A stretch of DNA of 64,000 bases from positions 64,001-128,000 of the forward strand of contig CAVZVA010000002.1 in NCBI GenBank assembly GCA_963778655.1. Direction: 5' to 3'. The notes beneath the pieces are model-generated. The model did not search any database and was not told where the DNA came from. It saw nothing but the letters and a program-made list of their open reading frames with translations. Source of the DNA: an uncultured delta proteobacterium. Its GTDB lineage: Bacteria; Myxococcota_A; Polyangia; Polyangiales; JAFGIB01. A program made the translations under genes and the position numbers. This document shows, piece by piece, positions 49,777 to 59,799 of the stretch; position 1 is the first letter of the stretch, and each line of letters opens with the position of its first letter.

Positions 49777-51246
49777 GTGGAGAAACACCACGTGTCCGAT
49801 GACTATACTGTCTTGCCACCTGGGCCTCAGCGACCCGGCGCCCACGACGAACTCGTGGCGCTCGTCACTGACTGTCTTGCCCAGATGCGCGAAGACTTGT
49901 CGCACCTGACGCCGGAGGAGCGCCCCGCAACGGTTTGGGCCGTTGACGCGGTCAAGCCGACGGATGCACTCGGGTCTATGCCGCTTGCGCTGCCGTGGTA
50001 CCGAACCGAGGCAGCCTACGAGGTCGTCATGGCAGCCCGTCATTCGGACGTCGGCCAGCGCCTCTTGGACTTCCTCTGGGAAAACGGGCTCTTCAAGCTG
50101 AGGCTGACCAGGGCTGATGGCGCTCCAGTGCGCCGAGACGGCTGGGAGGTCAACGCATGGGGGCGGTTGCTGCGGTGGCCCCTCGATCATCTTCTGGAGT
50201 CACACGTGCTCACGCGAGCATCGTTGCGGCAGGACTTGACGCCGTGGGCGATTGACGAACCGGAGCTTCATCGCACCGCGGCCGCCCTGGCAGACCGCAT
50301 CGCCAGCGGTATGTCCCGGGTTCGAGCGGTCTCGCCGATCGCTTGGCTCAAGTGGCCGGAGGGCTTTCCGCAGTCGTACGAGTTGGAGGAAGGTGTCCGG
50401 CTGCGAGCCTGGACCATGGAGGAGTACTGCGTCTTCATGACGCACCACGGCGACGAGTACCAGCAGAACCAATTGCTGACGGGCTTCAACAGCGGGTGCG
50501 TGGAGATCGAGTTCCGTGCTCACGACAGCGAACCCGCGGTGCTCCAACGGGTCGCTGAGACGCTCGACCGGGTCAAGTGGGCGCTCATGGTAGCCGCAGG
50601 CGCGACCGACTCTTTTCACGAATCCTCGACGGTGATCGATGGCGGGGCCGGGCGTCGCTACCGACCTCTTCGCAGGGAAGCCCTTCCTTTCGACGGTAGG
50701 TCGCACTTCAGCCTGCGTGTGTCCGCGGAGACCCTGCAGCAAGCCAAGGCCCGTCTCGAGGAGTTGGGGTGCGCGAGCGGGTGCGATACCAGGCGGCTTT
50801 CCTCCGCCCTGACGTTTCTCGGTAGAGCGCTGACCGCGAGCCTGGGGCGAGACTCACTGCTGGAGGCGGCGATCGGTCTGGAGGGGCTCTGCGTGCGGAA
50901 GGGACAGAACACCTACAAGTTTCCGCTCCACGTCGCCGCGGTGCTCCGGGACGCGCTTCCGGACGACGATGTCTTCCCTGACCTCAAGAAGATCTACGAC
51001 GTTCGCAGTGGCGCCGCGCACGGCAGCTTGAACGCCGGGGATGACCCGTTGGCTCCCAGGGCGCGATTCCTTCTCGCACAGGCCGTGGCAGCGGTTCTCG
51101 ACCTTCGGGGGCGAGGCGAGCTAGTAGGACCGAAGATCCCCGAAGCCATCGAAGCTCTCGTGCGGCGTCGAACGACGGGGTACCCGCGGGTTAGCGCATC
51201 GGACCGTGCCCCGGGTGGCGGCAATTCTCCGACCGAGGTTGAATAG
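49777..51246 (+). CDS. Hypothetical protein with a C-terminal ApeA-like HEPN domain
   Basis: DSLLEAAIGLEGL..LKKIYDVRSGAAHG (Rx4H). Confidence 0.7.
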   Translation: MEKHHVSDDYTVLPPGPQRPGAHDELVALVTDCLAQMREDLSHLTPEERPATVWAVDAVKPTDALGSMPLALPWYRTEAAYEVVMAARHSDVGQRLLDFLWENGLFKLRLTRADGAPVRRDGWEVNAWGRLLRWPLDHLLESHVLTRASLRQDLTPWAIDEPELHRTAAALADRIASGMSRVRAVSPIAWLKWPEGFPQSYELEEGVRLRAWTMEEYCVFMTHHGDEYQQNQLLTGFNSGCVEIEFRAHDSEPAVLQRVAETLDRVKWALMVAAGATDSFHESSTVIDGGAGRRYRPLRREALPFDGRSHFSLRVSAETLQQAKARLEELGCASGCDTRRLSSALTFLGRALTASLGRDSLLEAAIGLEGLCVRKGQNTYKFPLHVAAVLRDALPDDDVFPDLKKIYDVRSGAAHGSLNAGDDPLAPRARFLLAQAVAAVLDLRGRGELVGPKIPEAIEALVRRRTTGYPRVSASDRAPGGGNSPTEVE

Positions 51247-51405
51247 CCGCAGCGCAGGCGGAGCCGCGAGAATTGGCGCCGATGGATCCGCCGACATCGC
51301 AGGCCAAGGCGTGGTCGGACGAACGCGCGATCGCGTTTCCTCGCAGTGAAGGCAGTGCTCCCTTCGACGATGGTCTGCGCAACGATGGCACGGCGCCGTT
51401 TCGAG

Positions 51406-51743
51406 CTAGTGCCGCGTCCGGGTTGATTTGATCCGAGCCCTCTTGCGTCGCGGATCAGGTTCTGATCTACAGCAGAGGATGAGGGGATCGCAGCGATTCA
51501 AGGGGCTTAGGCTCAAAGCGGCGGACCGTGCGGAGTTGCGTCGGCGGGCGGGAGCAGGGCAGAAGTGGACGGCGCGCGTGTGGCGGCGAATGCGGTCGCT
51601 GCAGATGTTGGACCGCGGGATGACGCTGACCGCGACGGCGGCCGCGCTCGGGACGTTTCGGCGCGAGGTCTCGCGCGTCGCATCTCGCTACCTGGACAGG
51701 GGCTGGCGCACGCGCTGAGCGAGCAGCCGCGGCCCAAGAAACT
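51406..51743 (+). mobile_element. IS630-family left end and truncated N-terminal transposase
   Basis: 27-bp terminus at a CTAG site; LRLKAADRAELRR..ARVWRR..TAAALG..VASRYL..ALSEQPRP; frameshift in a G-run. Confidence 0.75.
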
Positions 51744-53154
51744 GGGATCATCTGCCAGCGCGTTTTCCGACCCCTTCCACCGCAACCGGGACAGCGAGCG
51801 GCCGATACGGGGGCATGGACGCCAAGCCCAAGCCCCGCAAACGCTCGCGCCCGCTGCGGGTCGAGTCCAATGATGTGCTGTGGTTCGTCACCTGCCGCGT
51901 GATCGAGGAGCGCTTCTGGCTGCACCCGATCCTCAGTACCGGCCTCGCCCCGCCCAACCGCAAGGGCCGCCGCGCCTGTGCCGCCCTGCAGCAGCACGCC
52001 GACAAGCGCCTGGCGACCCTGGTCAAGCGCGCCAACGCCCGCCGTGGCCCCTACCAGCCCGAGCTGCAGCTCGAGGATGCCAAGCGCTGCGCCCGCGGCC
52101 TCATCGGCAGCGCCCTGGCCCGGGCCCAGAAGCGCTACAAAGTCCAAGTGTTCGCCCTGGTGGTGATGAGCAACCACGTGCATCTGGTGGTCAAGACCAC
52201 AAAGAAGAACCTCGCCGAATTCATGGGCTACTTCAAGGCGCGCGTGGCCGAGTCCATCAACGCGCTCACCGGCAAGCGTGGCCCGCTGTGGGCACGCCGC
52301 TACGACGCCCAACCCGTCATCGATGACCAGGGCGCCGCCGACCGCGTCGCCTACACGCTCGACAACCCATGCAAGTCGAACCTCGTGGCGGACCCCGAGC
52401 ACTGGCCTGGCCTGAACCTGGCGTTCGGGGTCGGCGACGCCGACGTGCTGCCCTTCGAGTTCCTCAATCGCACGGCCTGGCACCGCGCCAAGCGGCCGGC
52501 TTCGTTGGCTCGGTTCTACCAGACGGTCACGCTCGAGCTCTCTCCGATCCCCAGCTGCCAGGGCATGCCGCGGGAGCTGTACCGCACGTCGCTGTTGAGC
52601 TGGGTGCAAGCCTCGCGCAGCAAGACCGGCGCTGAGCCCCGCACGGCTTGGGGCGCAGCGCTGGGCGTGGAGCAGGTCGTGTACACCGGCTTCGACGCGC
52701 GGCCCAAGCACGCCTCGTTTCGGCGGCGGCCCTACGTCTTTGGCGCCCCGCAAGCGCGTCAGGAACACACGCGCGCGATGATGGAGCTCTTGGGCGGCTA
52801 TGGCGTATGCTCCGACCGCTTCAGAAGCGGCCAGCGCATGACGCCGTTCCCAGAAGGCACCTACCCGCCGCCATTGCGTCAAGCCGCGTAGGTCACGCTC
52901 TGACCGGACGTTTACCTGCCCGACATGACGTCGAGGGCAGGGGCAGTTGATGATGGCCGAGGCGTGCGCGCGTCCCGTTCTCGGCTGCCAACACGTCGGG
53001 GTCGCGCCGCGCCGCCCGCGCCGCGTGCCGTCGTCGAGCGCGATGGCCGCGCTCCGGTCGGAGCTCCTGTCGCCAGCACCGCCCGCCAAGAACGCGCTGC
53101 CCGAGAGACCGCAGAAAACGCGCTGCCCGAGAAAACGCGCTGGCAGATGATCCC
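51744..53154. repeat. Perfect 24-bp inverted repeats bracketing a Y1 transposase
   Basis: GGGATCATCTGCCAGCGCGTTTTC at 51744-51767, exact reverse complement at 53131-53154. Confidence 0.85.
51815..52891 (+). CDS. REP-associated / IS200-like HUH Y1 tyrosine transposase
   Basis: WFVTCR, VVMSNHVHLVV (HUH), LWARRY, AYTLDNP, WPG, C-terminal FPEGTY. Confidence 0.85.
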   Translation: MDAKPKPRKRSRPLRVESNDVLWFVTCRVIEERFWLHPILSTGLAPPNRKGRRACAALQQHADKRLATLVKRANARRGPYQPELQLEDAKRCARGLIGSALARAQKRYKVQVFALVVMSNHVHLVVKTTKKNLAEFMGYFKARVAESINALTGKRGPLWARRYDAQPVIDDQGAADRVAYTLDNPCKSNLVADPEHWPGLNLAFGVGDADVLPFEFLNRTAWHRAKRPASLARFYQTVTLELSPIPSCQGMPRELYRTSLLSWVQASRSKTGAEPRTAWGAALGVEQVVYTGFDARPKHASFRRRPYVFGAPQARQEHTRAMMELLGGYGVCSDRFRSGQRMTPFPEGTYPPPLRQAA

Positions 53155-53184
53155 CGGGATCGCAGCACGCGAAGGATCACCAAG

Positions 53185-53511
53185 ATGGACCAACTGACAC
53201 GAGCTAGACAGGCACTCGCCCGCAAGCGGGCACGCTCGACCAATCTTGACTACTCGGGACCGATCCCGGAGTGGCCGAGCGCAGACCAGGAGTTTCCCGA
53301 GGACGAGCTGATCTACGTCGCGGTCAACCGCGAGCGAGCAGGAGTGGTCGAGGTGCTCGACAGCAACGGCTACCCGACCGGACTACCTCGCGCTCAAGAG
53401 CAGACGGTTGCCGACATCCGCGCCGCCTACGCGGCGGTCAATCGGTGGTGGTGGTCGCTGCCCGCGGACAAGAGGTTCTCGTTGCGGGTGCCAAGCGTCG
53501 GTGAACCATGA
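53185..53511 (+). CDS. Hypothetical protein
   Basis: AAGGA upstream, 108 aa with coding-like composition. Confidence 0.45.
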   Translation: MDQLTRARQALARKRARSTNLDYSGPIPEWPSADQEFPEDELIYVAVNRERAGVVEVLDSNGYPTGLPRAQEQTVADIRAAYAAVNRWWWSLPADKRFSLRVPSVGEP

Positions 53512-53728
53512 TCGCTGCATCCGGAACGAAGGAGGCGCCGATCGACGCCTCTCACCCCGCTAGAGTCCGGTTCCAGCACTTTCGTCCCCGCGGGAACGGC
53601 GCCACCGAACATCTACCTGACCCGCTTCGGCCCCGTGAGCACGGCCGAAGGCGAAGAGGCGTACCGCGAGCACTTGATGTCGATGGTGTGAGCGGTGGAG
53701 TGGGCGGTGCGGCAACCCTGCTCACGGC

Positions 53729-55951
53729 TCAGTCGTCGTCGGCATCCTCAAGGACACGTTCCTCCGGCCCAATCATCTGCATGCGGCCCGCGAGCACGTC
53801 GGTCGCCATTTGGAGTGCCTTGGCCATTCTCTCGTCGCCTGTCGGCGCAGGGCCAGCCTCTACGGCCGCTCGAAGCAGTTTGCGCAACTCGTCCTCTCCG
53901 CCGGCCAACTTCTTGAGCGCCGACCACGGTAGGGCCGGCTTCTTTGTTACCGCAACTGAGTCCATTCCCCACCGCATGTCCTCGGAGAGCCTGCTCGCCA
54001 GCATCGCTCGAAAAAAACCTGAGTGTTCCAGGAACACATGAAGCCGAGGATCGAACGTCTCCGTCGATTCGTCATAGGCCATCTGGACAGCCAGGGCCGG
54101 CTCGCGTTCGGTCATGAGCCGTCCCGGTGTCGAATCAAGAACTTCCGCCCTCAATTCGTCGAGCATGGTCTTCGCGACCGTCTCATTGATCAGAGGCTCC
54201 TGGTCCTTGTGCCGCTGCGCCAACCCCACGATGACGGCTCGCCAAGAAAACGACGAGGTTCGACTCAGGATTGATCGCAACGCTTCTACCCGCCGGTTCT
54301 CGCCGTCAGCGGCTCGCAGGGTCCAGAGAATGAGACGCGACACCACCATGTCGGCACCGGGATCGAACGGATGTGTACGACCGCGACGGAGGCGGTCGGC
54401 ATGCCGCAGCACTGCAACGAGCCCGTTCTCGAAGGCGCACTTCGCCAGGTCGGCCGCATGGTCCTCCATTCGGCCAAGCGTAGCTTCCAGCTCCTCCGGC
54501 GATAGCTTGGCAAGAGTGTCGTCCACGGCACGCTCATCGCCAAAGCATTCAACGAGCGCCCGGAGCAAGGATGCCTTTGCGGCACCGTTTCGCACGGCCC
54601 GCTCCAAGTAGATGTCCAGCACCTCGGCACAAGCAACTCTCCGCTCGCGGCGCCAGCGTCGGAGCGATGACCCATCGTAGACGTGGTTGTCGATGGCGAA
54701 GCGGCTCATAGGGAACAGGAACTTGCAGAGACTGGTCAGCACGTCTTCGTGCGAGTCGCCGCCGAGCTTGAAAAACGCCTTCACGCGCTTCGCCGCCTCT
54801 TGTCGTTGGTGCCCAGCGGATGCGCGTCCGAACTGCCCCATTGCGAGCACGTCGGCGTACCCGGTCAAGGCATCGTAGACATCAGGAAGAAAGACTCGCA
54901 CCGCTTCGAGTGCCAAGACATCTTCAAGCGCAACTTCCTCTCCCAGCATGTCAACTGCGGGAAGCACGGCATTCAAGTACCGCCGCACATCACGGGGATG
55001 CTTCACCAGAGGGCGGATGACGCGAACGAAAATATCTTGCCAGTCCTTCTCGTGAAAGGGTCTATGGGGACGCCCCGAAATGCACCGATCCAATTCCTTC
55101 GGCAGCAGAGATCCGAGGATGTCGGGATCGAGCGGCGGAAGATCGAACGACGCTTGCACGATCTTCGCGAGGTACGCTCGACCCGTCATGTCCTCACTGC
55201 CAAGCGCACGCTCGACGCGAGTTCGATCGAAGACCAGCACGTAGGACACGTTCGGGAAGTCGGCCACGAGCCGCACCATTTTGAAGACGAGCCGAATCTC
55301 ATCGCCGTCGAGCCGATCGATGTCGTCAACGAAGACGACGATCCGACGACCGGCTTCACGTAGGGCCTTCTCGACCCGAGCCCTCGTGTCACGAATCGAT
55401 TCTCGCTCGGCTGTCTTCAGAGCCCCGCCGACCGAGCTTGTCACCCCCGCTTCCGCTGCTCCTGCGATCATCGCTCCGATCGGACCAAACGCCTTGAGGG
55501 CTCCCGAAAAGACGGCACCGCCGACTTCGAGCACCTTCCCGTAGGACTCGACCAGTTCACCGATGCGACCGAGGTTTCGATCCTTGCTGCCAAGCTGGAG
55601 CCCCAGCTCGCGCATGAACTGCGATGCGATCTGCTCGGTGCCCGAGAACAGCCACGGGTTGAACCAGACGACTTCGACTCCCTGCTCACGTAGTCGTTCC
55701 TCTGCCATGTGGAGCACCGAGGTCTTCCCCGCTCCCCACGCGCCCACGAGCGAGAACACGAGGCTCTGACCGTCGGGGACGCTGCCCACGTGCCGAGCGA
55801 GCGTGGAGGCGAAGTCGGCTCGTCGGAACAGATCGTCGGCGGCCCGTTGAACTGGACGGTCGGCATCGAGGGAAGCGCTCGCAGTTTTCGGTGTCGGCGC
55901 CGGCTTGGATGACTTGTCGCTGTCTCCCGTAGCCACGAAAGCGCCCCCCAC
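53729..55951 (-). CDS. KAP-family P-loop NTPase
   Basis: DDLFRRADFA, GAWGAGKTS, FNPW, VFVDDIDRL, YLAKIVQ, PRDVRR. Confidence 0.9.
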   Translation of the reverse strand: MGGAFVATGDSDKSSKPAPTPKTASASLDADRPVQRAADDLFRRADFASTLARHVGSVPDGQSLVFSLVGAWGAGKTSVLHMAEERLREQGVEVVWFNPWLFSGTEQIASQFMRELGLQLGSKDRNLGRIGELVESYGKVLEVGGAVFSGALKAFGPIGAMIAGAAEAGVTSSVGGALKTAERESIRDTRARVEKALREAGRRIVVFVDDIDRLDGDEIRLVFKMVRLVADFPNVSYVLVFDRTRVERALGSEDMTGRAYLAKIVQASFDLPPLDPDILGSLLPKELDRCISGRPHRPFHEKDWQDIFVRVIRPLVKHPRDVRRYLNAVLPAVDMLGEEVALEDVLALEAVRVFLPDVYDALTGYADVLAMGQFGRASAGHQRQEAAKRVKAFFKLGGDSHEDVLTSLCKFLFPMSRFAIDNHVYDGSSLRRWRRERRVACAEVLDIYLERAVRNGAAKASLLRALVECFGDERAVDDTLAKLSPEELEATLGRMEDHAADLAKCAFENGLVAVLRHADRLRRGRTHPFDPGADMVVSRLILWTLRAADGENRRVEALRSILSRTSSFSWRAVIVGLAQRHKDQEPLINETVAKTMLDELRAEVLDSTPGRLMTEREPALAVQMAYDESTETFDPRLHVFLEHSGFFRAMLASRLSEDMRWGMDSVAVTKKPALPWSALKKLAGGEDELRKLLRAAVEAGPAPTGDERMAKALQMATDVLAGRMQMIGPEERVLEDADDD

Positions 55952-55987
55952 TCTTGGAACTTCCCCGGCCCCGAGTGTAGTACCACC

Positions 55988-56308
55988 ATGAATCCGTGTC
56001 GCACGCTTTCTGCGGCCTCCGGGCCAACGGCCGACCCGAATGCAGCTCCGGAGTCCCCCGGCCCGCAGAACGCCTCACAGAGCGTTCCCCGCGTGTGCGA
56101 GATCTGCGGACAACCGTTGCCGCCCGGAGCCCGCTCCACCGCGAGGACGTGCAGCTCGAAGTGCCGGTCCATCAAGTCCCGCCGGTCCCGCTTTCAGGCG
56201 CTGGCCGCCCGGCTTGAGCGATCGGAAGCTGTACTCCGACAAGCGGCCGACGACCTGGCCGAGTACCGGGCGATCGTCCAAACAAACATCGGGCGGGTGG
56301 CCCCATGA
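55988..56308 (+). CDS. Small C4 zinc-finger / coiled-coil protein
   Basis: CEICGQPL..TCSSKCR; ATGA overlap with the next gene. Confidence 0.55.
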   Translation: MNPCRTLSAASGPTADPNAAPESPGPQNASQSVPRVCEICGQPLPPGARSTARTCSSKCRSIKSRRSRFQALAARLERSEAVLRQAADDLAEYRAIVQTNIGRVAP

Positions 56309-56661
56309 GCCGGCGACGGTCCAGGAACCCGCGTTCCTCGGCGACCGTCACAAGGCAACGGTCGTCCAAACACGCGGCGGAACGATCGCGGACCCCGCGA
56401 CTCACCGCCGATCGCGATGCCGACGACAGCCACCTCGGCGGGTTGCTCGATGAACTGATCACCGCCGACGACAACTACAAGCGGCTCACCCGGCAAATCC
56501 TCGCCGCCCAGGATCGACTCCAAGCCCTCTGCAACGAGGACGCATGGGTCGCGTTCCTGGACACCGAGCAGCTCGTGACCGCGAGGGCGAACGTCACGTC
56601 GCTGCTGATCGCCAGGTGGGCCTTCACGGAAGGCCGCCGGCAACCACGCGGAGGTCGGTGA
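56305..56661 (+). CDS. Hypothetical protein
   Basis: Coupled to both neighbours; helical. Confidence 0.55.
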   Translation: MSRRRSRNPRSSATVTRQRSSKHAAERSRTPRLTADRDADDSHLGGLLDELITADDNYKRLTRQILAAQDRLQALCNEDAWVAFLDTEQLVTARANVTSLLIARWAFTEGRRQPRGGR

Positions 56662-56664
56662 TCG

Positions 56665-56979
56665 ATGTCCCGCCATCACCTCGACCACCCGACCAAGCCC
56701 GGTGTCCAGGCCGCGTACGGACACGATCCCGTGATGGGGTTCTTCGTGGACGTGCTTCGCCATGATCGAACCATCAAGTCCTACGACTTCCTCCAGCCGT
56801 CCTTCAACAGAGCCCGGCCGCTCATGGGCGCGTTGGACTTCATGGTGGCCGAAGGCTTCTTCACTGCCGACCAATTGCACGCCGCACTCGTGTTCCTCCA
56901 GGACGGTGGCCGGCGGCCACCGAAGGGTGTGGCGAGGGTGGTTGGGATCGTCATGGAGATGAAGCGGGCTCCCGAGTGA
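56665..56979 (+). CDS. Hypothetical protein
   Basis: GGAGG RBS; AYGHDPVMGFFVDV. Confidence 0.6.
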   Translation: MSRHHLDHPTKPGVQAAYGHDPVMGFFVDVLRHDRTIKSYDFLQPSFNRARPLMGALDFMVAEGFFTADQLHAALVFLQDGGRRPPKGVARVVGIVMEMKRAPE

Positions 56980-56986
56980 AGCGGTC

Positions 56987-58107
56987 CTACAAGTTGCTAC
57001 CGTGAATCGAGGTCTCATACTGCGCGATGAGCTTCTGCTCGTCGGTGGCTTCCAGATATGCACGGACGGGCTCGAAGGCTGAACGTGCCTCTTCCAGTTC
57101 CCCTACGGCAGCAAGCGCGATTCCCAGAAACGCGGTGGCCCGCCAGGCCATCGCTTCGATAAGTGGGCTTCGAGGTTTGGCGCCAAGTTCGTTCAGGCCC
57201 CCTCTGATCTGCGTGATGGCGTTCCGATGGTCGCCGTTGCCGAGACATATTCGGCCACGGTAGATCTGTAGGACTGCACGAGCCACTTTCGGAAGCTCGT
57301 GACGCTCGGCTTCTGTGAGAGCTTCGGCAGCCTCGCGGAAGCGTTCTGCCCCCAACAGGAAGCCAGCGCAATCGACGTAATGAGAGCCCGTCGTGGGGCT
57401 CTTATCAATCGCCGCCCTGGCAAGCTCGATGGCTCCATCGTGATCATGCCTGGCAGCACGCAAGCTCGCCATTCGGATGCAGTGGCTGGCTTGCGCTGGT
57501 GTCCCGGCACCCGCGTAACGCTCAACTCGCTCCATCGCGTCTGCTTGGCGCCCAAGTCCGATGAGTGCCCGAGCGCAACGGAAATCGAGATCCTCCTGAA
57601 TCAACTTCAAAGGTCTCAACGTGCGCAGCACCGGCGCCAGCGCAAGAATTTCCGACCAACGATGCCACACGCTCGCATCCAGCATGCGCTTGTACAGCGC
57701 CGATGGAAGAACGGTCAGCAGGAACCACGCGACTGCTACGAGCGTCAACACCAGGGGCGTTGGCCGCAGATGGCCCGTCCTCCACCAGCTCCGAATCGCC
57801 AGAGCATCGCCGACCAATGCGAAACAGAAGGTCCAGCCCCAACCGGCTTTCAAGGCCCCGACAAGAACAGCGCGAAACGGTTTATGCAAAACGGCCCGTC
57901 CAACTCCTGTGCTGGACCCCGGCCGCGAGCACGCTCCTGGAGTGTTGCCCCCATGATGCCGGCCACGTACTCGTCGAACTCAAACACGATCTCGCGGTAG
58001 CCGAGCGCTTCGAGCTTGTTCCGTGCATCGGCGAGATCACCGGCGTCCACGCTCCGATGGAGGGTTCGGCCGTCCGCATCTTTGCACTGCGCGACAAACG
58101 TGGGCAT
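56987..58107 (-). pseudogene. Membrane TPR protein, split by a probable frameshift at the G-run near 57857
   Basis: MPTFVAQCKDADG.. frame joins the TM+TPR frame if one G is added (LSGALKAGWGW). Confidence 0.6.
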
Positions 58108-58193
58108 GAACAGATCCTAGGACTGCTCGGCACGACCGAGGACACGCGGGTGGTCCAGGTGGTGGCTGGGTTCAAGGGGGCGGCCGAGTGACC

Positions 58194-58538
58194 TCACCGA
58201 TCCTCCTCCAACCCCGGCACCTTCACGACGTTCGTGACCATCGAGACGCACTCGATGTCGAACCACTCCCGGAACACCGACAGCGTTCGCTTCTTCGGCC
58301 AATCGGCTTCGAGACGCCACCACGCCACGAGTTCTTCCTCGAAGATCTTCGTGCAGCAGCGCTTCAGGATCCGTTCCAGCTCCTGTTCGTTCTCCCACTC
58401 AGAGATCAAGTAGGCGTTGCAGTCGGAACGCAGGTGTTCGAGGTCAACGTCGGTCGCCGGATCGGGCAAGCCACGAAGCCAGTCCACGAACGGCTGCTTC
58501 GGCTTCACGATCACGACGCCTCGGTTGATGGTGCCCAC
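58194..58538 (-). CDS. Hypothetical protein
   Basis: INRGVVIVKPKQPFVDWL..IFEEELVAW..WPKKRT..FREWF, recognisable as a conserved small family. Confidence 0.7.
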   Translation of the reverse strand: MGTINRGVVIVKPKQPFVDWLRGLPDPATDVDLEHLRSDCNAYLISEWENEQELERILKRCCTKIFEEELVAWWRLEADWPKKRTLSVFREWFDIECVSMVTNVVKVPGLEEDR

Positions 58539-58553
58539 GGTCAGGGAACGCTC

Positions 58554-59585
58554 TCATGTGCCGGACGGCGGCTTCATTCCACCGGCAACGTTCACCATCG
58601 AGAACGCTCCGCCATCGGCACGCTCTTCCTTGCCGAAGCCCGTCGCTTGCTGCGAGAAGATGCACTCGGCTGCCTTGGTCAGGATCACTTCCTTGTTTGC
58701 TGCGTCCTTCGCGGCTTCCACGAGCGCCTTATACGTCACGAGGGCGTTCTGTCTGTGCTTGTTCACCACCGCGTTATGGCGATGGGCTAGGAAGTTGCGG
58801 GCGGAGAGCAACACGAACGAGGCGATCGTTGCGAAGACGAGGATCCTGCCCACGACCAACTGAACGGCCTCGAACCCGTTCGTCGGGGCGATCACCTTGA
58901 TCTTGTGCAGGAAGAGCGTCGTGACCGCATACAACCCGAGGCCGATAGTGGTCTTGTATGTTCGCGCGTACCAAATCGCAGCCGCCTTTTCGTGCACCTC
59001 CGCTTCCTCCTTGAAGTAGATGGCCTGCTGCGACACGCCCTGCTCGGCAGCAACCTTCCGAATTGCATCGAGGGCGTCATCGGCTTCCTTCTTGCGGGCA
59101 TCGAGTTCGGCCTTCAACTTGTTTGCGGAGTCCTGCACTGATTGCATGTGCCCACGGGCCTCGCGTTCCAGCGCCGCGAAATCCATCGAGCGTCGCACGG
59201 AGTACCCGATCACCACCTGGAGCTGCTGCCAGAGTGGGTCGTAGTCGTTCTCCACCTGAGCGACGAAGTTGTCGCGCGTTCCCTTCGGGTTCTGTCCCTC
59301 AACGTTGAAGGCTACCGCCTGTTGGAACCGATTGAACGTCGCGTCCGCCACATTCTTGATTGAGTCGAGGATCGCGACCGGAACACCGTCGAGGACATCG
59401 ACTGAGATTTGCCCGTAGAGGTCAACGAGCCGTTGTGCATGAGGCACCGCCGCCTCGAAGTTCAGGGTGCCGAGTTCCCCCGAACGCGCCAGGGTACTCG
59501 CGTCGAAGTTCTGAATGCGCACCAGCGACGCTACGGCTGCATCGAGCTTTTGCTGCCGCTCAGCCGAAATCACACGCTTCGCCAT
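58554..59585 (-). CDS. Coiled-coil protein with two TM helices
   Basis: GGAGG RBS; heptad-rich middle; two hydrophobic segments; HNAVVNKHRQNAL. Confidence 0.75.
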   Translation of the reverse strand: MAKRVISAERQQKLDAAVASLVRIQNFDASTLARSGELGTLNFEAAVPHAQRLVDLYGQISVDVLDGVPVAILDSIKNVADATFNRFQQAVAFNVEGQNPKGTRDNFVAQVENDYDPLWQQLQVVIGYSVRRSMDFAALEREARGHMQSVQDSANKLKAELDARKKEADDALDAIRKVAAEQGVSQQAIYFKEEAEVHEKAAAIWYARTYKTTIGLGLYAVTTLFLHKIKVIAPTNGFEAVQLVVGRILVFATIASFVLLSARNFLAHRHNAVVNKHRQNALVTYKALVEAAKDAANKEVILTKAAECIFSQQATGFGKEERADGGAFSMVNVAGGMKPPSGT

Positions 59586-59799
59586 CGGTACCTCCAACCT
59601 CCACTACTCAAACACCTGGACAATCCCAACCCGCACCAGGGCGACGCCTCAAGATCTCGATCGCATCCCTGCCCCCTCATCCGCCTCCCCCATCTCCCCT
59701 ACGCCCATCCACCACCGCCCCGAACAGCAGCCCCGTCACGAGGGGCCAAATGCCGAAGGGGCTGACAGACTGGCTTCCCCAAGATCACGCCGGCCTTCA

